Source: a virus
Taxonomy: Duplodnaviria > Heunggongvirae > Uroviricota > Caudoviricetes
IMG/VR virus record: IMGVR_UViG_2563366840_000012
Location: 1-31,949 of that record
Length of the DNA: 31,949 nt
Direction: 5' to 3' (one strand)
Shown: piece after piece, positions 10,106-20,569 of the stretch
How the letters are laid out: every line of letters begins with the position of its first letter
Position numbering within the stretch: position 1 is the stretch's first letter
Notes under the pieces: model-generated
The model's database searches: none
What the model saw: only the letters and a program-made list of their open reading frames with translations
What the model was told of the DNA's origin: nothing
Made by a program: the position numbers and the translations under genes

Positions 10106-11523
10106 TACTCAATCCTTATCTGGCAGCCAGACAGAGTGACTGGTGACTTCGTAATAACGCGCAATTTGAAGCCGGCATTTTTCCTGATGCGCCCGACGCG
10201 CTTCCACAAAACGCGTTTGTCGTAAACGAACGGTTCATTCTGCTCAATCATCTGCTCACGTCCGTAATTGATGCCGTCAGTGGTTGCAGAGAGAAAAAGG
10301 CGGTCAGCATACTGCGCAACTCCAGTTGAAGATTCAACTTCAAGGTCGAAAACTCTGGCGTTATCTGCTTTGAACAACGGAGTAAACAGCAGGTGTTCCT
10401 GTTGCTTGTCGTACTGGCTGCTGATATCGAACTGCAATTTCCCGGTCACCGATTCCAGCTTATCGCCGCACGTTATCTGATTTCCTTCGTAAATGAAGTC
10501 GATAGCGCGGTACACATCGTCATACAAGCCTGTTTTCAGCACACACCATTGCGGACCATTGGCGCTTGAAGATGCGTCGTACACGAGAACATGGCAAGGA
10601 AGATGAATAATCAGCAACTCATGCGCATCAAATCGCAACGATTCCATCACGCCATCAGCCAGTTCATCAGCAGTGTAGGAGCGGAGTATTTTCTCAATGC
10701 TCGCGTTGGCGATTGGTGATACCTGCCCGGAACCGATGATGTATACAGATGGCGCACCTGTTGCCGGATTGCTGATGAACGCATAGGAATCAGCGAATGG
10801 CGTTTTGCAATAGGTTCCGGCAATACCTTTCTGCACCATCAGCGATGGCTGTGCGACATACAAAGCGGCACCAACGGTGGTTGCACCCGTCAGGGAGAAA
10901 TATTCAATCGTCGATGAACCAAAGCAGACGATGAAGTCTCGCCATGTGCCGATGCCGAGGATACCGTCCGGCTGCGATTCTGCGCGATATTGTGCGCTGT
11001 AGCGGTCAGGATGCGATTCGTCTTCAAGGTCAGTGATAAACCATGAATCAGTGCCGTCTTTTGACCACGCATAACGCCCGCGTAAGCGCGTAATGTCACG
11101 AACAGAACCTAACTCATACTGCGTGAATCCGCTGTCTGTAGGCCAGTTTGAGACGGTTTTAACCGTGCCATCATAGCGATACTCGACCAGTTGACCATTA
11201 ACGCCTACCGCCTGTGATGTTCGACCATGCGCCATTGATACGCGACCACTTCCGGCAACATCACCAACCTCGCTTTCGCCCTTATACAGCTTGCCACCAC
11301 ACACGCGATAAACAGCGTTCTGCGCCATGTTGTACTCGACGCCTCGCGATACGCCGTTCACATCAGAACGTTTGGCAATGCCCGGGAATGAGCGAAGATA
11401 TCCGCTGCTGTTCAGGATTTCTTTGGGCGTAGCCAGCATATTCACTGGCAGATAGTCGATATAGTCGGCGTTTCGGAAGTCTTTTCCGACACCTTTCATA
11501 AGCGGAAGTTGCTGAATCGGCAT
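10105..11523 (-). CDS. Tail accessory protein gp10-like
   Basis: 472 aa, same length and position as P22 gp10. Confidence 0.75.
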   Translation of the reverse strand: MPIQQLPLMKGVGKDFRNADYIDYLPVNMLATPKEILNSSGYLRSFPGIAKRSDVNGVSRGVEYNMAQNAVYRVCGGKLYKGESEVGDVAGSGRVSMAHGRTSQAVGVNGQLVEYRYDGTVKTVSNWPTDSGFTQYELGSVRDITRLRGRYAWSKDGTDSWFITDLEDESHPDRYSAQYRAESQPDGILGIGTWRDFIVCFGSSTIEYFSLTGATTVGAALYVAQPSLMVQKGIAGTYCKTPFADSYAFISNPATGAPSVYIIGSGQVSPIANASIEKILRSYTADELADGVMESLRFDAHELLIIHLPCHVLVYDASSSANGPQWCVLKTGLYDDVYRAIDFIYEGNQITCGDKLESVTGKLQFDISSQYDKQQEHLLFTPLFKADNARVFDLEVESSTGVAQYADRLFLSATTDGINYGREQMIEQNEPFVYDKRVLWKRVGRIRKNAGFKLRVITKSPVTLSGCQIRIE

Positions 11524-11532
11524 TTATTCACC

Positions 11533-11994
11533 TCACGTACTCGGATCATCTTTCTCGATGTAAAACCGATTCCACGTAAACGCGCTTTTGTTACCACTAC
11601 CGCGAGGCATGTCATTTCTCCGCTCAAGTGGTGGTATTTTGGTTAAAGCGATACAGATTGTCTGATATGCACTGTCAGCAGCGGTAAGGAGAGCGTCTGA
11701 CGGCTGAATGACGTTATCCATGCACACTTGCACAGCGAGTTTCAAAGCGACGCCATCATTTGCCCATGCAGGGATACCTGAATCATCGTCAGGTAACGGC
11801 ATGATGCCGTTTTCTGTATCAGCAAACTGATACCCAAGCTCGATACCTTTTGCCTGCCATGCTGCCATCATGTCTTCGAGGTCATTAATGGCATCTTCAA
11901 TTGCCTGAGGGTCAGCATCTGTCAACGTGGCATTGGAATACAGCCCGGCTTTTCGTAAAGCCTTAAGAACGAGATCACCCTTCGTTTTCGCCAT
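11533..11994 (-). CDS. Head-to-tail adaptor gp4-like
   Basis: 153 aa in gp4 position downstream of coat. Confidence 0.75.
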   Translation of the reverse strand: MAKTKGDLVLKALRKAGLYSNATLTDADPQAIEDAINDLEDMMAAWQAKGIELGYQFADTENGIMPLPDDDSGIPAWANDGVALKLAVQVCMDNVIQPSDALLTAADSAYQTICIALTKIPPLERRNDMPRGSGNKSAFTWNRFYIEKDDPST

Positions 11995-12163
11995 CTTCTT
12001 CCGCCTTAGCCACTTTTTGCTTCGTTGCGGTTTCTTCAGGAGTTTTTACCCAGCCTTTTTTCAGGTGAGATTTAACTTCTTCGTCATCAACAATGATGTA
12101 ATCGACAGCAAACTGACCACAGGTGATCATGTTGCCCGGCTTATAGAGCATTGTTCGTGCCAT
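11975..12163 (-). CDS. Small hypothetical protein (62 aa) between coat and gp4
   Basis: ATG at 12161-12163 (MARTMLYK...) preceded by GGGAGAAG RBS; the longer track ORF to 12199 would start inside a terminator hairpin. Confidence 0.4.
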   Translation of the reverse strand: MARTMLYKPGNMITCGQFAVDYIIVDDEEVKSHLKKGWVKTPEETATKQKVAKAEEDGENEG

Positions 12164-12173
12164 TGTCTTCTCC

Positions 12174-12199
12174 CAATAAAAATGGGGCCGAAGCCCCAC
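12174..12199 (-). terminator. Intrinsic terminator immediately downstream of the coat gene
   Basis: Minus-strand GGGGCTTCGGCCCC hairpin followed by ATTTTTATT, directly after the coat stop. Confidence 0.5.
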
Positions 12200-12204
12200 C
12201 TAAA

Positions 12205-13458
12205 TTACTGCCCGGCAATAACGATGCCCGTATATTCAGGAACCAGTACAGAGCAACCGTACAGAGTGGTGAAACGCGCAGTGGTTACGCCTTTGATGTG
12301 GTCGAAGGCGTAAGACATGATCAGCGTAGCGCCCTGCTCGGTGGTTGCTGTCATTACCTGTGGACCCTGACCAGTCGGGAACGCCAGTTTGCCGTACATC
12401 AGTTCAACAGAACCATCAGCCCAGAACAGGTTAGCCGGTGCGGAATTTTTGTTGAGAATGGTGATTGCTGCGCTACTTGCCGCATTAGCATCAACGTTTG
12501 CATATGGACGGCTGGCGACATCCGCGTTGTCAGGCGGCAGAATTTTCGGGGAGATAGTTACTGTCGTTCCGCTTACTGCCAGAACGCGGAATACCTGCGG
12601 CTGCCCGGTGGTATCTTTGGTGATCTGGTGTACAGAATTCACCCCTGCAATGGTAAACGCATCGCCAACCTGCAAACCTTCAGTAGATACCGTAATGGTC
12701 CCCTGTCGGTTATCAACTGGCATATCGTTAGCATCTTTCGCTTCAACTTTGTGCGCAGGTGCTGCTGCCAGCGTAATGGAAGTTGCTGTCCCTTTCGGAA
12801 CACGACCAGAAATATCAGTCTTGTAGCTATCAAAGGAAGCAACCGGAGGGATCTGCGCTTTTTCGTATGCTGTCAGGGTTGCGCCCTGAGCGTAGGCACG
12901 GTGACCAAGCTCGCCAGCAAGGTCTTTGTAGTTGAAGGGGTTCCAGAAAGAGCGACGGTTGATACCCTGCGGTACACCAATCGCCGTCATGGTGGCATCA
13001 ATACCTGCCGCACAGTTCCACAAATCACGGCCCTGTGAACCAGTGGTTGAGTCAGCCATCGTGATCACGTTAGTAGCACGCTGCGTAACCATGGAAATCA
13101 GGTCAGAGTCAATCTGTGCAGCAAGGCGCATACCTGCGGCGCGACCAGCTTCAGTTTTATGTTCCGGGTCACGCATTTCACGCGCATCCAGAGTGTACAG
13201 AATGTTTTTCGGTTCCTTGAACACAGAAGGAACAAGGCGCTGAACCAGTGCTGTTGGCGTTTTGCCGCTGAGGTCTAGGCCTTCCTCAATGTTCATGTGG
13301 TAATGCTGCGGACGATACAGAACATCACCTGCTCGCTGCATTGCTGTATCACCGGGACGGAATTTTTTAGCGTTACGGGAAACTACGCAGGCGGCCTCAA
13401 AGCCTTCAACGTAGTTTTCGAACATGATTTCAAGGTCTTTTGCTAATTGGTTAGCCAT
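12205..13458 (-). CDS. Major capsid (coat) protein, P22/Sf6 gp5-like
   Basis: 417 aa ORF between scaffold and gp4; size and position as in P22-like phages. Confidence 0.8.
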   Translation of the reverse strand: MANQLAKDLEIMFENYVEGFEAACVVSRNAKKFRPGDTAMQRAGDVLYRPQHYHMNIEEGLDLSGKTPTALVQRLVPSVFKEPKNILYTLDAREMRDPEHKTEAGRAAGMRLAAQIDSDLISMVTQRATNVITMADSTTGSQGRDLWNCAAGIDATMTAIGVPQGINRRSFWNPFNYKDLAGELGHRAYAQGATLTAYEKAQIPPVASFDSYKTDISGRVPKGTATSITLAAAPAHKVEAKDANDMPVDNRQGTITVSTEGLQVGDAFTIAGVNSVHQITKDTTGQPQVFRVLAVSGTTVTISPKILPPDNADVASRPYANVDANAASSAAITILNKNSAPANLFWADGSVELMYGKLAFPTGQGPQVMTATTEQGATLIMSYAFDHIKGVTTARFTTLYGCSVLVPEYTGIVIAGQ

Positions 13459-13476
13459 GCTTAATGCTCCGATAGG

Positions 13477-14370
13477 TTATTTTTTTGCCTTTTTAGCGGC
13501 GAAATACGGCGTCCAGTCACCAGTTTCCAGCGCCTTGGCTTTCAATTTGCCGAGGTTGTTGATTACTGCGCCGTTGCTCCCCTTAACTGTCGGGGTTGTG
13601 GCTGCCGTGGTTTTTGCTTTTGGCATGATTCTGGCCTTCGATTCGATACGTTCCAGCAGACGACCAATTGCTACGGGGTTGGTAGCTTCTGCCAGTTGCT
13701 TGCGCAGTTCAGCGTTGCGACCGAGTGCCAGAACAACGATTTCCGGCTTCTCTGACTCAAACAGGATCGCGTTTTGTGTCTCGATGGGGATTTCCTCGAG
13801 TACGGCCTGCTCAGCTTCCTGATAGCCAGGAACTTTGAGAGCCTTAACACGTTGCTGATATTTGGATAATCGCTCTTGATAGGCAGCCTGAAGCTCCTGC
13901 TCCTTCTGCTTGCGAGCCATCTCCTGTTGCTGGTACTTGCCGTTATCCTCTGCCCACTTAGCCATGCGTTGCTGGTAGATTTCTTCATCGAAACCGATGT
14001 CCTCATCATCCAGTTTTGGCATTCGCGGTGGTTGAGTGATTACCGGCTGCTGCTCGACGGGTTTCTGAGACTGACGCATCAGCTCTTTCAGCTCACGGTC
14101 TTTCTCTTTAATCGTCTTGCGCAGGTGTTTTACCAGTCCATGCTCTGCGCTATCTTCGCTGGTTGGCGAATCCAGCTTTTCGTCACCAAAGTAGAATTCC
14201 TGTTCTGATTCGTCGTCATCAGTGTCAGTAGCTTCCTCTGCATCATTTCCTGAGGACTCACTGCCATCTGCTTTTTCGACTTCTTCAGCCAGTTCGACAT
14301 CATCAGGAATCTGCTCTGACGCGTCGGGTTCGATTTCAACTTCTGGTGTGTTTTCTGCCATCTGGTCCAT
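13477..14370 (-). CDS. Scaffolding protein gp8-like
   Basis: 297 aa, acidic N-terminus, highly charged helical composition, between portal and coat. Confidence 0.7.
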   Translation of the reverse strand: MDQMAENTPEVEIEPDASEQIPDDVELAEEVEKADGSESSGNDAEEATDTDDDESEQEFYFGDEKLDSPTSEDSAEHGLVKHLRKTIKEKDRELKELMRQSQKPVEQQPVITQPPRMPKLDDEDIGFDEEIYQQRMAKWAEDNGKYQQQEMARKQKEQELQAAYQERLSKYQQRVKALKVPGYQEAEQAVLEEIPIETQNAILFESEKPEIVVLALGRNAELRKQLAEATNPVAIGRLLERIESKARIMPKAKTTAATTPTVKGSNGAVINNLGKLKAKALETGDWTPYFAAKKAKK

Positions 14371-14460
14371 TTGTTACCCCTGTTTACTCGATGTTCAGCC
14401 CATCGGAAGGCAATAGGGTGCCAGGCCTCATAAAGACAGCCATTGCACGTTATGGGTTAA

Positions 14461-16659
14461 TTACTGCTGTGGTTGTTGCTGAGTTGATTTTTGCAGGATG
14501 CCGCTGATGTCCATGTGCTGCGCATGGCCCTGTGCCTGACTTTTCAGGACAAGCTCTGCATCAGCACGGGCATTGTCTCCTTGCTGTTGCTGGAACTGTC
14601 CGAGCAGTTTCAGAGCCTCGCGGATATCAGATTTCTGCTGGCTATCGGCAGATGCGAGGATTTTCACAACATTTGCCGCTGCAACCTGAGCATCAGTCTG
14701 TGCCTGGAATGCTTTAACCTGAATGGCTGCCTGTTCGTTCTGCGCTTTCTGCAATTCAGCCTGACCAGCAAGAAGCTGACCTTGCGCAGCAACCATAGCC
14801 GGATCTGGCTGACTGGCCTGTTGTTGTTTCGCCTGCTCAACCATTTGCTGTTCTTCTGGTGTTCTCGGCTTAATAACGCCAGACAGAAGCAACTGATTGC
14901 GGTTGTATTCTTTAAGGTCGTCCATCCCTTCGCCGTCCATATTGTCGAGAATCATCGACGATACAAGGTCATGCTTCGGCGTTCCTGGCGGGATAAGTGC
15001 CAGCATGGAAAGCAACGACTTAACCGTTGCATCACGGCGAGTAGCGAACGACTGACCGACATCGACAGTCACTTCATAGTTACCCTGCGAAAGGTCGTTA
15101 AGCGCGACAACCTTCCCTGTCTGACGGTCAACCACTTCACCAGTCATCAGCGCCACGTCATCGCTGCCATCCTCATTAACGATGCGCATTGGCGTATCGC
15201 TGCCATAGACTTCACGAGCCATAGAAAGCCACACGACGCCAGCACGGCGCATGGATTTAGCCATGTTGTCCATGTAGATATAGGACTGCGTGTCCATCCG
15301 GTTAAAGATGCTATCAACGGTATCGGTAGCGACGTTGCTCGGCATGTTCTCAAGCTGCGACGCACCTGTAATTTGCTGAATAGCCGTTCCGGTGTACTGC
15401 AATAGCCCAGCAAGAGCAGGAGGCATTTGTGTCGGAGGTGTCCAGCCAGCAACCTGAGCCTCTGAAATGACCGTTCCGTTTTTGTCCTTCTTGCTGGTCA
15501 TGGGAAGAACTGCAGGTCTTTTCTTATTCCTCTCTGCCCAGTGATTCATTAATGGACCGGGAATGAAATCAACATCCACGATAGGAATGCCATCGCCGCC
15601 AGCCTGAGTAGCGTTATCTGCAATCATGGAAACCATCAGGTTCTCAAGACGCTGTGCATCCATCGCTTTTGCTGCGTGGCCTTCGATTCGCTCCTGATTA
15701 TCAACAAATGAACGACGCCCATATACCGGGATGAGAGGAATATGTTCGCCCGGAATACGCTTCGGTTCTTCCAGCCATTCAGCGCCAGACAGAAGACCGC
15801 AATAAACTCGGCGTTTCTTCACCGTTCGCTCGCCAATCAGTTCGAATGCACCATCGGTCAGCTCGTCGACAATATCTTTGATTTGCTCTTCATCATAGAT
15901 TGCCGTTTCTCCGCTGACAGGGTTACGCCATGCTGTGAGCTTCACCTTCTCTATGCGGACTTCGTAGTAGCGTCCAACATAGATGGCGTCAGGCGTTGAC
16001 CAGTCATACTGAGTACCAGTGTCATCACGAGAAAGGCTTGCCGCGATGGAATCAGGGTATTCAGCCTCGAACGCTTTAGGCGTCATGGAGAACATTTCCA
16101 TAGCCCACATGGCATCAGAGCGGTCATATTGCTTGCTGTCCTGATCGAAGAAGACGCATGTCGCCGGGTCGTAAACAGGAAGAAGGCTGATGCGTCGCTG
16201 CTCGTTACTCGGATCCATTTCATCTTCGTAATCAGCACACATGCGGAAACAACCGAATCCGCCCGTTACAGCATCATCAAATGCGTTATCACACGCTTCG
16301 CCACCGGATGTTTCCTGATAATCAGCGCGGAATTTGCCGTTCATCTTTTCGGCTAACGCTTCCGATGCCTTGTCATCCTTCGGCCTGAATTTAACGCTGA
16401 TGCGATTCTGTCGATACTCGCCAATGATGCGATCACATTCACGGGCAATCTTATTCAGTTCAAAGCGCGGGTAATGCTCAAACCTGCCTTCATCAAATGA
16501 GTAACCAGCGTTTGTGCTGCCTTCCCACTGTGCGCCGGACACCCGGACGAAACGTTGAGCCTCAATAATCTGCTTACGCATATCCTGCGTTGCTGACCAG
16601 GCATTATCAAAGTTGCACAGCACCTTGCGGTGCCAGTCAGTCATCTTTTTTTCTGCCAT
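14461..16659 (-). CDS. Portal protein
   Basis: 732 aa (P22 portal ~725 aa), immediately downstream of TerL; Gln-rich C-terminal barrel-like tail. Confidence 0.85.
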   Translation of the reverse strand: MAEKKMTDWHRKVLCNFDNAWSATQDMRKQIIEAQRFVRVSGAQWEGSTNAGYSFDEGRFEHYPRFELNKIARECDRIIGEYRQNRISVKFRPKDDKASEALAEKMNGKFRADYQETSGGEACDNAFDDAVTGGFGCFRMCADYEDEMDPSNEQRRISLLPVYDPATCVFFDQDSKQYDRSDAMWAMEMFSMTPKAFEAEYPDSIAASLSRDDTGTQYDWSTPDAIYVGRYYEVRIEKVKLTAWRNPVSGETAIYDEEQIKDIVDELTDGAFELIGERTVKKRRVYCGLLSGAEWLEEPKRIPGEHIPLIPVYGRRSFVDNQERIEGHAAKAMDAQRLENLMVSMIADNATQAGGDGIPIVDVDFIPGPLMNHWAERNKKRPAVLPMTSKKDKNGTVISEAQVAGWTPPTQMPPALAGLLQYTGTAIQQITGASQLENMPSNVATDTVDSIFNRMDTQSYIYMDNMAKSMRRAGVVWLSMAREVYGSDTPMRIVNEDGSDDVALMTGEVVDRQTGKVVALNDLSQGNYEVTVDVGQSFATRRDATVKSLLSMLALIPPGTPKHDLVSSMILDNMDGEGMDDLKEYNRNQLLLSGVIKPRTPEEQQMVEQAKQQQASQPDPAMVAAQGQLLAGQAELQKAQNEQAAIQVKAFQAQTDAQVAAANVVKILASADSQQKSDIREALKLLGQFQQQQGDNARADAELVLKSQAQGHAQHMDISGILQKSTQQQPQQ

Positions 16660-16660
16660 A

Positions 16661-18076
16661 TCAACCTACACCACAAGGAATTGAGTAACTGGAATAGTCG
16701 GGTTGCGCAGCCGACTCCGGGCAATGCATACACATCATCAGCGCATCAGCCAGGTTAGGAGATGGAATACCGAGCTTCTGCTTCATTTCGACCTTAGTCA
16801 TAAGCTCCAGCTTCCCGTTGTTATTGAATTTGCGCTGAATCTGCGTCAGTTCTGCAAACAGCTTCTCCAGCATCTTCTCGCCTATCGCTTCTTTGTCGAA
16901 GCTCAGCATGTCGTCGGGGTCTGCATACTCACCGTGGACAACCGCCCGATATGTCAGATACAACCTGTCAGCCAGCGCGTAATAGAATTGCGCTCGCTTA
17001 TTGCGGAATACATCGCCAATAGTGCGAACATTGTCGCCCTGTACGACTTCATCAGCCCATGCTCCGGCCTGATATGGCGCATCTTCATCGAATGGCGATT
17101 CGCTGCCCTTGAACATCGTGGCGGTGATTTTCTTGCCGGAGAACGCTTCCGTTGTCTGTCTGCGTAGCCCTGCACCGACACCATCACCATCCCACAAGTA
17201 GTGGTCAGCACCGTCTTCAATCGCCAGCGAAGTAGCCCAGTCAGCCCCCTCGTTGATGTCCATCAGCAGACCTTCGGCAATGCGCTTAACTACCGAACCG
17301 TGACGCGATGCATAACCTTTAGCATCCGGCCCTGTATCTGACGGGTCATGAGCAGAAACAACCGCGCCTTTCGCTTTCCATCCGAGTTTCTTGTGCGCAT
17401 CGGTTGCGGCTTCAAGCCATTCACGTTTGATGATTGCCATATCACTTGCGCTCACTGGCTCACCAAGCCAGATGTGACGATACAGGGTCGGATTTCTGCG
17501 TTTACACTCTTCCATCTCCAGACGGAGAACTTCAGGAAAGTGCGGATTGTCGGTGTAGTTCACCGTCAGCAGACAAATATCATCGGGAGGATTTACAACG
17601 AATCGCTGATAGGTATCGTCGAGGATGTTCTTCGGGTTAAAGCTCACCCATATTTCAGAGAACGGCTTGCGGATGGTTGGTATCAGGATATCCCATGATT
17701 CCTTCGTTACCGCTTCCGCTTCTTCCACCCAGCAGATATCAATGCCTTCGAGCGATTTAATCTTCGTCGGGTTGTTTTTGATGCCGTAGAACATGAATTC
17801 AGCATTCGTTCCGAGATGACGAATCATGGAACGCTGAATTTCAAACTCAGCCGAATACCCTTCCCGCTCGATGGTGTCTTCAAGCAACCGGATTACCGAA
17901 TCGCTGATACTGTTTTGCAGTTCACGAGCGCAGAGAATACGCACAGGCTGCCGACGCGCCGCTTCAACAAGCAGCCTCGCAATTGCCCATGACTTACCGC
18001 TACCTCGACCGCCTTTGGCGACTTTGTAGCGATGCGCCTCAATGAACGGTTCAAAGATAGGATTAATCGAGGTCAT
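16661..18076 (-). CDS. Terminase large subunit
   Basis: 471 aa; Walker A KGGRGSGKS near the N-terminus; size as in Sf6 gp2. Confidence 0.9.
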   Translation of the reverse strand: MTSINPIFEPFIEAHRYKVAKGGRGSGKSWAIARLLVEAARRQPVRILCARELQNSISDSVIRLLEDTIEREGYSAEFEIQRSMIRHLGTNAEFMFYGIKNNPTKIKSLEGIDICWVEEAEAVTKESWDILIPTIRKPFSEIWVSFNPKNILDDTYQRFVVNPPDDICLLTVNYTDNPHFPEVLRLEMEECKRRNPTLYRHIWLGEPVSASDMAIIKREWLEAATDAHKKLGWKAKGAVVSAHDPSDTGPDAKGYASRHGSVVKRIAEGLLMDINEGADWATSLAIEDGADHYLWDGDGVGAGLRRQTTEAFSGKKITATMFKGSESPFDEDAPYQAGAWADEVVQGDNVRTIGDVFRNKRAQFYYALADRLYLTYRAVVHGEYADPDDMLSFDKEAIGEKMLEKLFAELTQIQRKFNNNGKLELMTKVEMKQKLGIPSPNLADALMMCMHCPESAAQPDYSSYSIPCGVG

Positions 18077-18495
18077 TTTCCGAATAGAGTGCTCATCGGT
18101 GATGTTTCAATCTGAATTGCGCCGCCGTCCTTACCGACAAGCTCGTTAGTTACCTTGTCGCCATACTTACGGGGATTCATTCGGGCCAACGCCCATTTGC
18201 GTGTATCAACGCGAAGTCTTGCCTTTGCCACTTCAGCAGCATCTGGAATCGCATTGTCAGCAATTTCGAATATCTCTTCGAAAATAGAATCAGCTCGTGC
18301 CTCAGTTGCCTTCGCGTACTTGTCGCGAAAATCCTCATGCTTTGCCAACCAGCGGAAAACAGTGGACTTATCCGGCATACCAGGACGCTTACATACTTTC
18401 AGCAAACTTTCGCCAGAAGAAAGCAACGAGCAGATATCGTCAGCCACCTCCGGCATATAATCAGAGGGGCGACCAGCTTTTGGTTCAGTCGCCAT
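18073..18495 (-). CDS. Terminase small subunit (Sf6 gp1-like)
   Basis: 140 aa ORF overlapping the TerL start by 4 nt; same length as Sf6 small terminase. Confidence 0.8.
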   Translation of the reverse strand: MATEPKAGRPSDYMPEVADDICSLLSSGESLLKVCKRPGMPDKSTVFRWLAKHEDFRDKYAKATEARADSIFEEIFEIADNAIPDAAEVAKARLRVDTRKWALARMNPRKYGDKVTNELVGKDGGAIQIETSPMSTLFGK

Positions 18496-18699
18496 ATTTA
18501 TCTCACTTAATTGTCATTTCAGGCTGAGGACTCTTTCGCGCCTTCAATCAGTGACTGCTTCAGCAATTCGAGTGTGCCAATCGCCTCGCATAAACTGATT
18601 TCACCATCGTAATCATGGATGACGCTTTCAAGCCGCTCGTATAGCTCTTGAGTAATTGGGAATTTCTTCTCCTTACCCAAATTGATTACGCGGCTCACA

Positions 18700-18942
18700 T
18701 CATGCTCCGGTAGTGAACAGGTCTAACGCTTCCTTCGATTTACGCACCGCTTCGAATGTGCGGATCGTGATATCTGAATTAGCGCCGCCTGACTGGAAGT
18801 GAATTTTGAATAGCTCAAGCTTCAGCTCGTCAGTGCCAATGAACTGAAATGCTTCCTCTGCTGCTGCGTTCTGGTTCATGACCAGCTTGTAAATCTCTAA
18901 CTGGAATTTCTGTTCTTCAGTCATGGGAATAATCTCTGCCAT
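18700..18942 (-). CDS. Hypothetical protein (80 aa)
   Basis: ORF only; no recognised motif. Confidence 0.4.
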   Translation of the reverse strand: MAEIIPMTEEQKFQLEIYKLVMNQNAAAEEAFQFIGTDELKLELFKIHFQSGGANSDITIRTFEAVRKSKEALDLFTTGA

Positions 18943-19045
18943 TGTTGGCTCCGTTTATCCGTTAAAAGGGATATCAGTTAAGTTATCCCGTGTAGGGTAT
19001 AAGCCATTATCAAAGCCACTCTGTAGGGAATGGCTTTTGTAATAA

Positions 19046-19426
19046 CTACTGTTCGCTTAGCTTCTGCTTCAGCAAGTAACCTTCGAGCATCCAGATTTTG
19101 TTTACAGCATTCTGCCTGGCAATCTTCCGACCAATTTCTGCATCAAAGTTTTCAGGGCTTGCACAGGCACTCTCTCCGGTGACGGTGAAGCCATTCTTCA
19201 GCACCAGTACGCAGAAAGTGAGCAACTTCAATGGTGATAAATCACGATCGCCTTCTTCTGGTTTTTCCCTGCCACAATATTCGTTGCTGGAAATGGCACC
19301 ATTTCGTCCATCATAAGCAGTAAAGTAATGCTCGCTTTTAATCACGTCTTCGATGTGCTGAGGAGTGATTCGCGGGGCTGTTTTGCCTTTTTCAACGATT
19401 TCTTTTTCGATTTGCTGGTCGTTCAT
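19046..19426 (-). CDS. Hypothetical phage protein, possibly Gp49/Sf6-gene-66-like family
   Basis: 126 aa ORF; family assignment from memory of sequence character only. Confidence 0.45.
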   Translation of the reverse strand: MNDQQIEKEIVEKGKTAPRITPQHIEDVIKSEHYFTAYDGRNGAISSNEYCGREKPEEGDRDLSPLKLLTFCVLVLKNGFTVTGESACASPENFDAEIGRKIARQNAVNKIWMLEGYLLKQKLSEQ

Positions 19427-19709
19427 AATTATGACCCTGTAGAGTGGTTGCTTTATTAGGATGTCTTTCCATCAGTCCGCCACCACAAAGAATCTTTTTT
19501 GCCATAAGGCTGGAGGTTCATCTTTCAGTGGCTGCCAGTGTTATTTCCCCACTTACTGGCTTGGGTTGTTTCGCTGTACTGCCGTAACTGGTGGTGCACA
19601 GATTTAGTTAAATCTGTTCTCGCCTGAACTATCTTTTACATACCCGGATTGTGGGGATGTAAATCACGGTTTCATTATCAAGCCCACCCGTAGATGAGCT
19701 TTGGAATGG

Positions 19710-20228
19710 TCACTTTGGCAGTCCGGGGATCGATATTTGCGCCTGCTGCTCAAGCCTTTCGATTCTTGCTATGAGTTGCGGTTTTTTGATCCTGCCCCAG
19801 CGGTTCAGCAAGCGTCCTGACATACTGGCAACATCCTTTTCCTTCATGAACTCCAGCATTAACTCGTTGTGCTCTCTTTGGTATGAGTGAGCCATCTCCA
19901 TCAGCCTGTCACGCATCCAATTAAATGCTTTGATAAACGCCTCTTTGATGGCGGCAGCTTTTTTGCCGGTAAACGACATGATGATGTACATCGCGCCGTC
20001 TTTGGAAATTTCATATTCAACATACTGATTACCCTTGTGTTCATAGGTAACCCGCGAAAAGTTGCTGGTTAGAAATTCATCCGAACAGTCTAGCTTTTCG
20101 ATTTTCTGAATGATGTGGTGATGCTGCTTGTCGAAGTAAGCTGCTACCTTGCGGGAGGTTGTGATCACGCGATCACCAGAAACAACCACCATGTCCCGGA
20201 AATCGAGATTAGCCAATTGATGATTCAT
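19710..20228 (-). CDS. rha: Rha-family phage regulatory protein
   Basis: N-terminus MNHQLANLDFRDMVVVSGDRVITTSRKVAAYFDKQHHHIIQKIEKL is typical of Rha; ATG at 20226-20228. Confidence 0.7.
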   Translation of the reverse strand: MNHQLANLDFRDMVVVSGDRVITTSRKVAAYFDKQHHHIIQKIEKLDCSDEFLTSNFSRVTYEHKGNQYVEYEISKDGAMYIIMSFTGKKAAAIKEAFIKAFNWMRDRLMEMAHSYQREHNELMLEFMKEKDVASMSGRLLNRWGRIKKPQLIARIERLEQQAQISIPGLPK

Positions 20229-20370
20229 AGCGTCTTTACCTTTTAGAAAGTGAGCCTGTCTCACAGAAAAGCCGCCCGAGAGAGGTCGCCACCTATAACG
20301 GCATTTCTCAGGCTCGCTTACTGAAAGGCTCTCGTTAATATGCGCGTGAGATGCGCTGTGAAATTCAGAT

Positions 20371-20395
20371 ATAAAAAGCCCCGCGAATGCGAGGC
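20371..20395 (-). terminator. Possible intrinsic terminator downstream of Rz
   Basis: Minus-strand GCCTCGC-ATTC-GCGGGGC hairpin (one mismatch) followed by TTTTTAT. Confidence 0.35.
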
Positions 20396-20569
20396 TAAAT
20401 CCTGGTATTTGTAATGACTGGCTCTTATCTCAACGCAGCCCCTTACCGCGCGCCAGATGCTCAATATCAAGCATCAGCAATGAGATGTTTAATCTGGATT
20501 CACTCCAGAAGTGATCATCACCCTGTCTACAGAGCCAGATGTGAAGGATGATGAGTAAAATTATCGCTA

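Noticed and set aside
12151-13038. 295 aa plus-strand ORF
   Set aside because: Lies entirely antisense to the well-supported coat gene; Cys/Arg-rich composition typical of a spurious antisense reading frame.
14491-15405. 304 aa plus-strand ORF
   Set aside because: Antisense to the portal gene; Leu/Cys-rich low-complexity translation; no RBS context.
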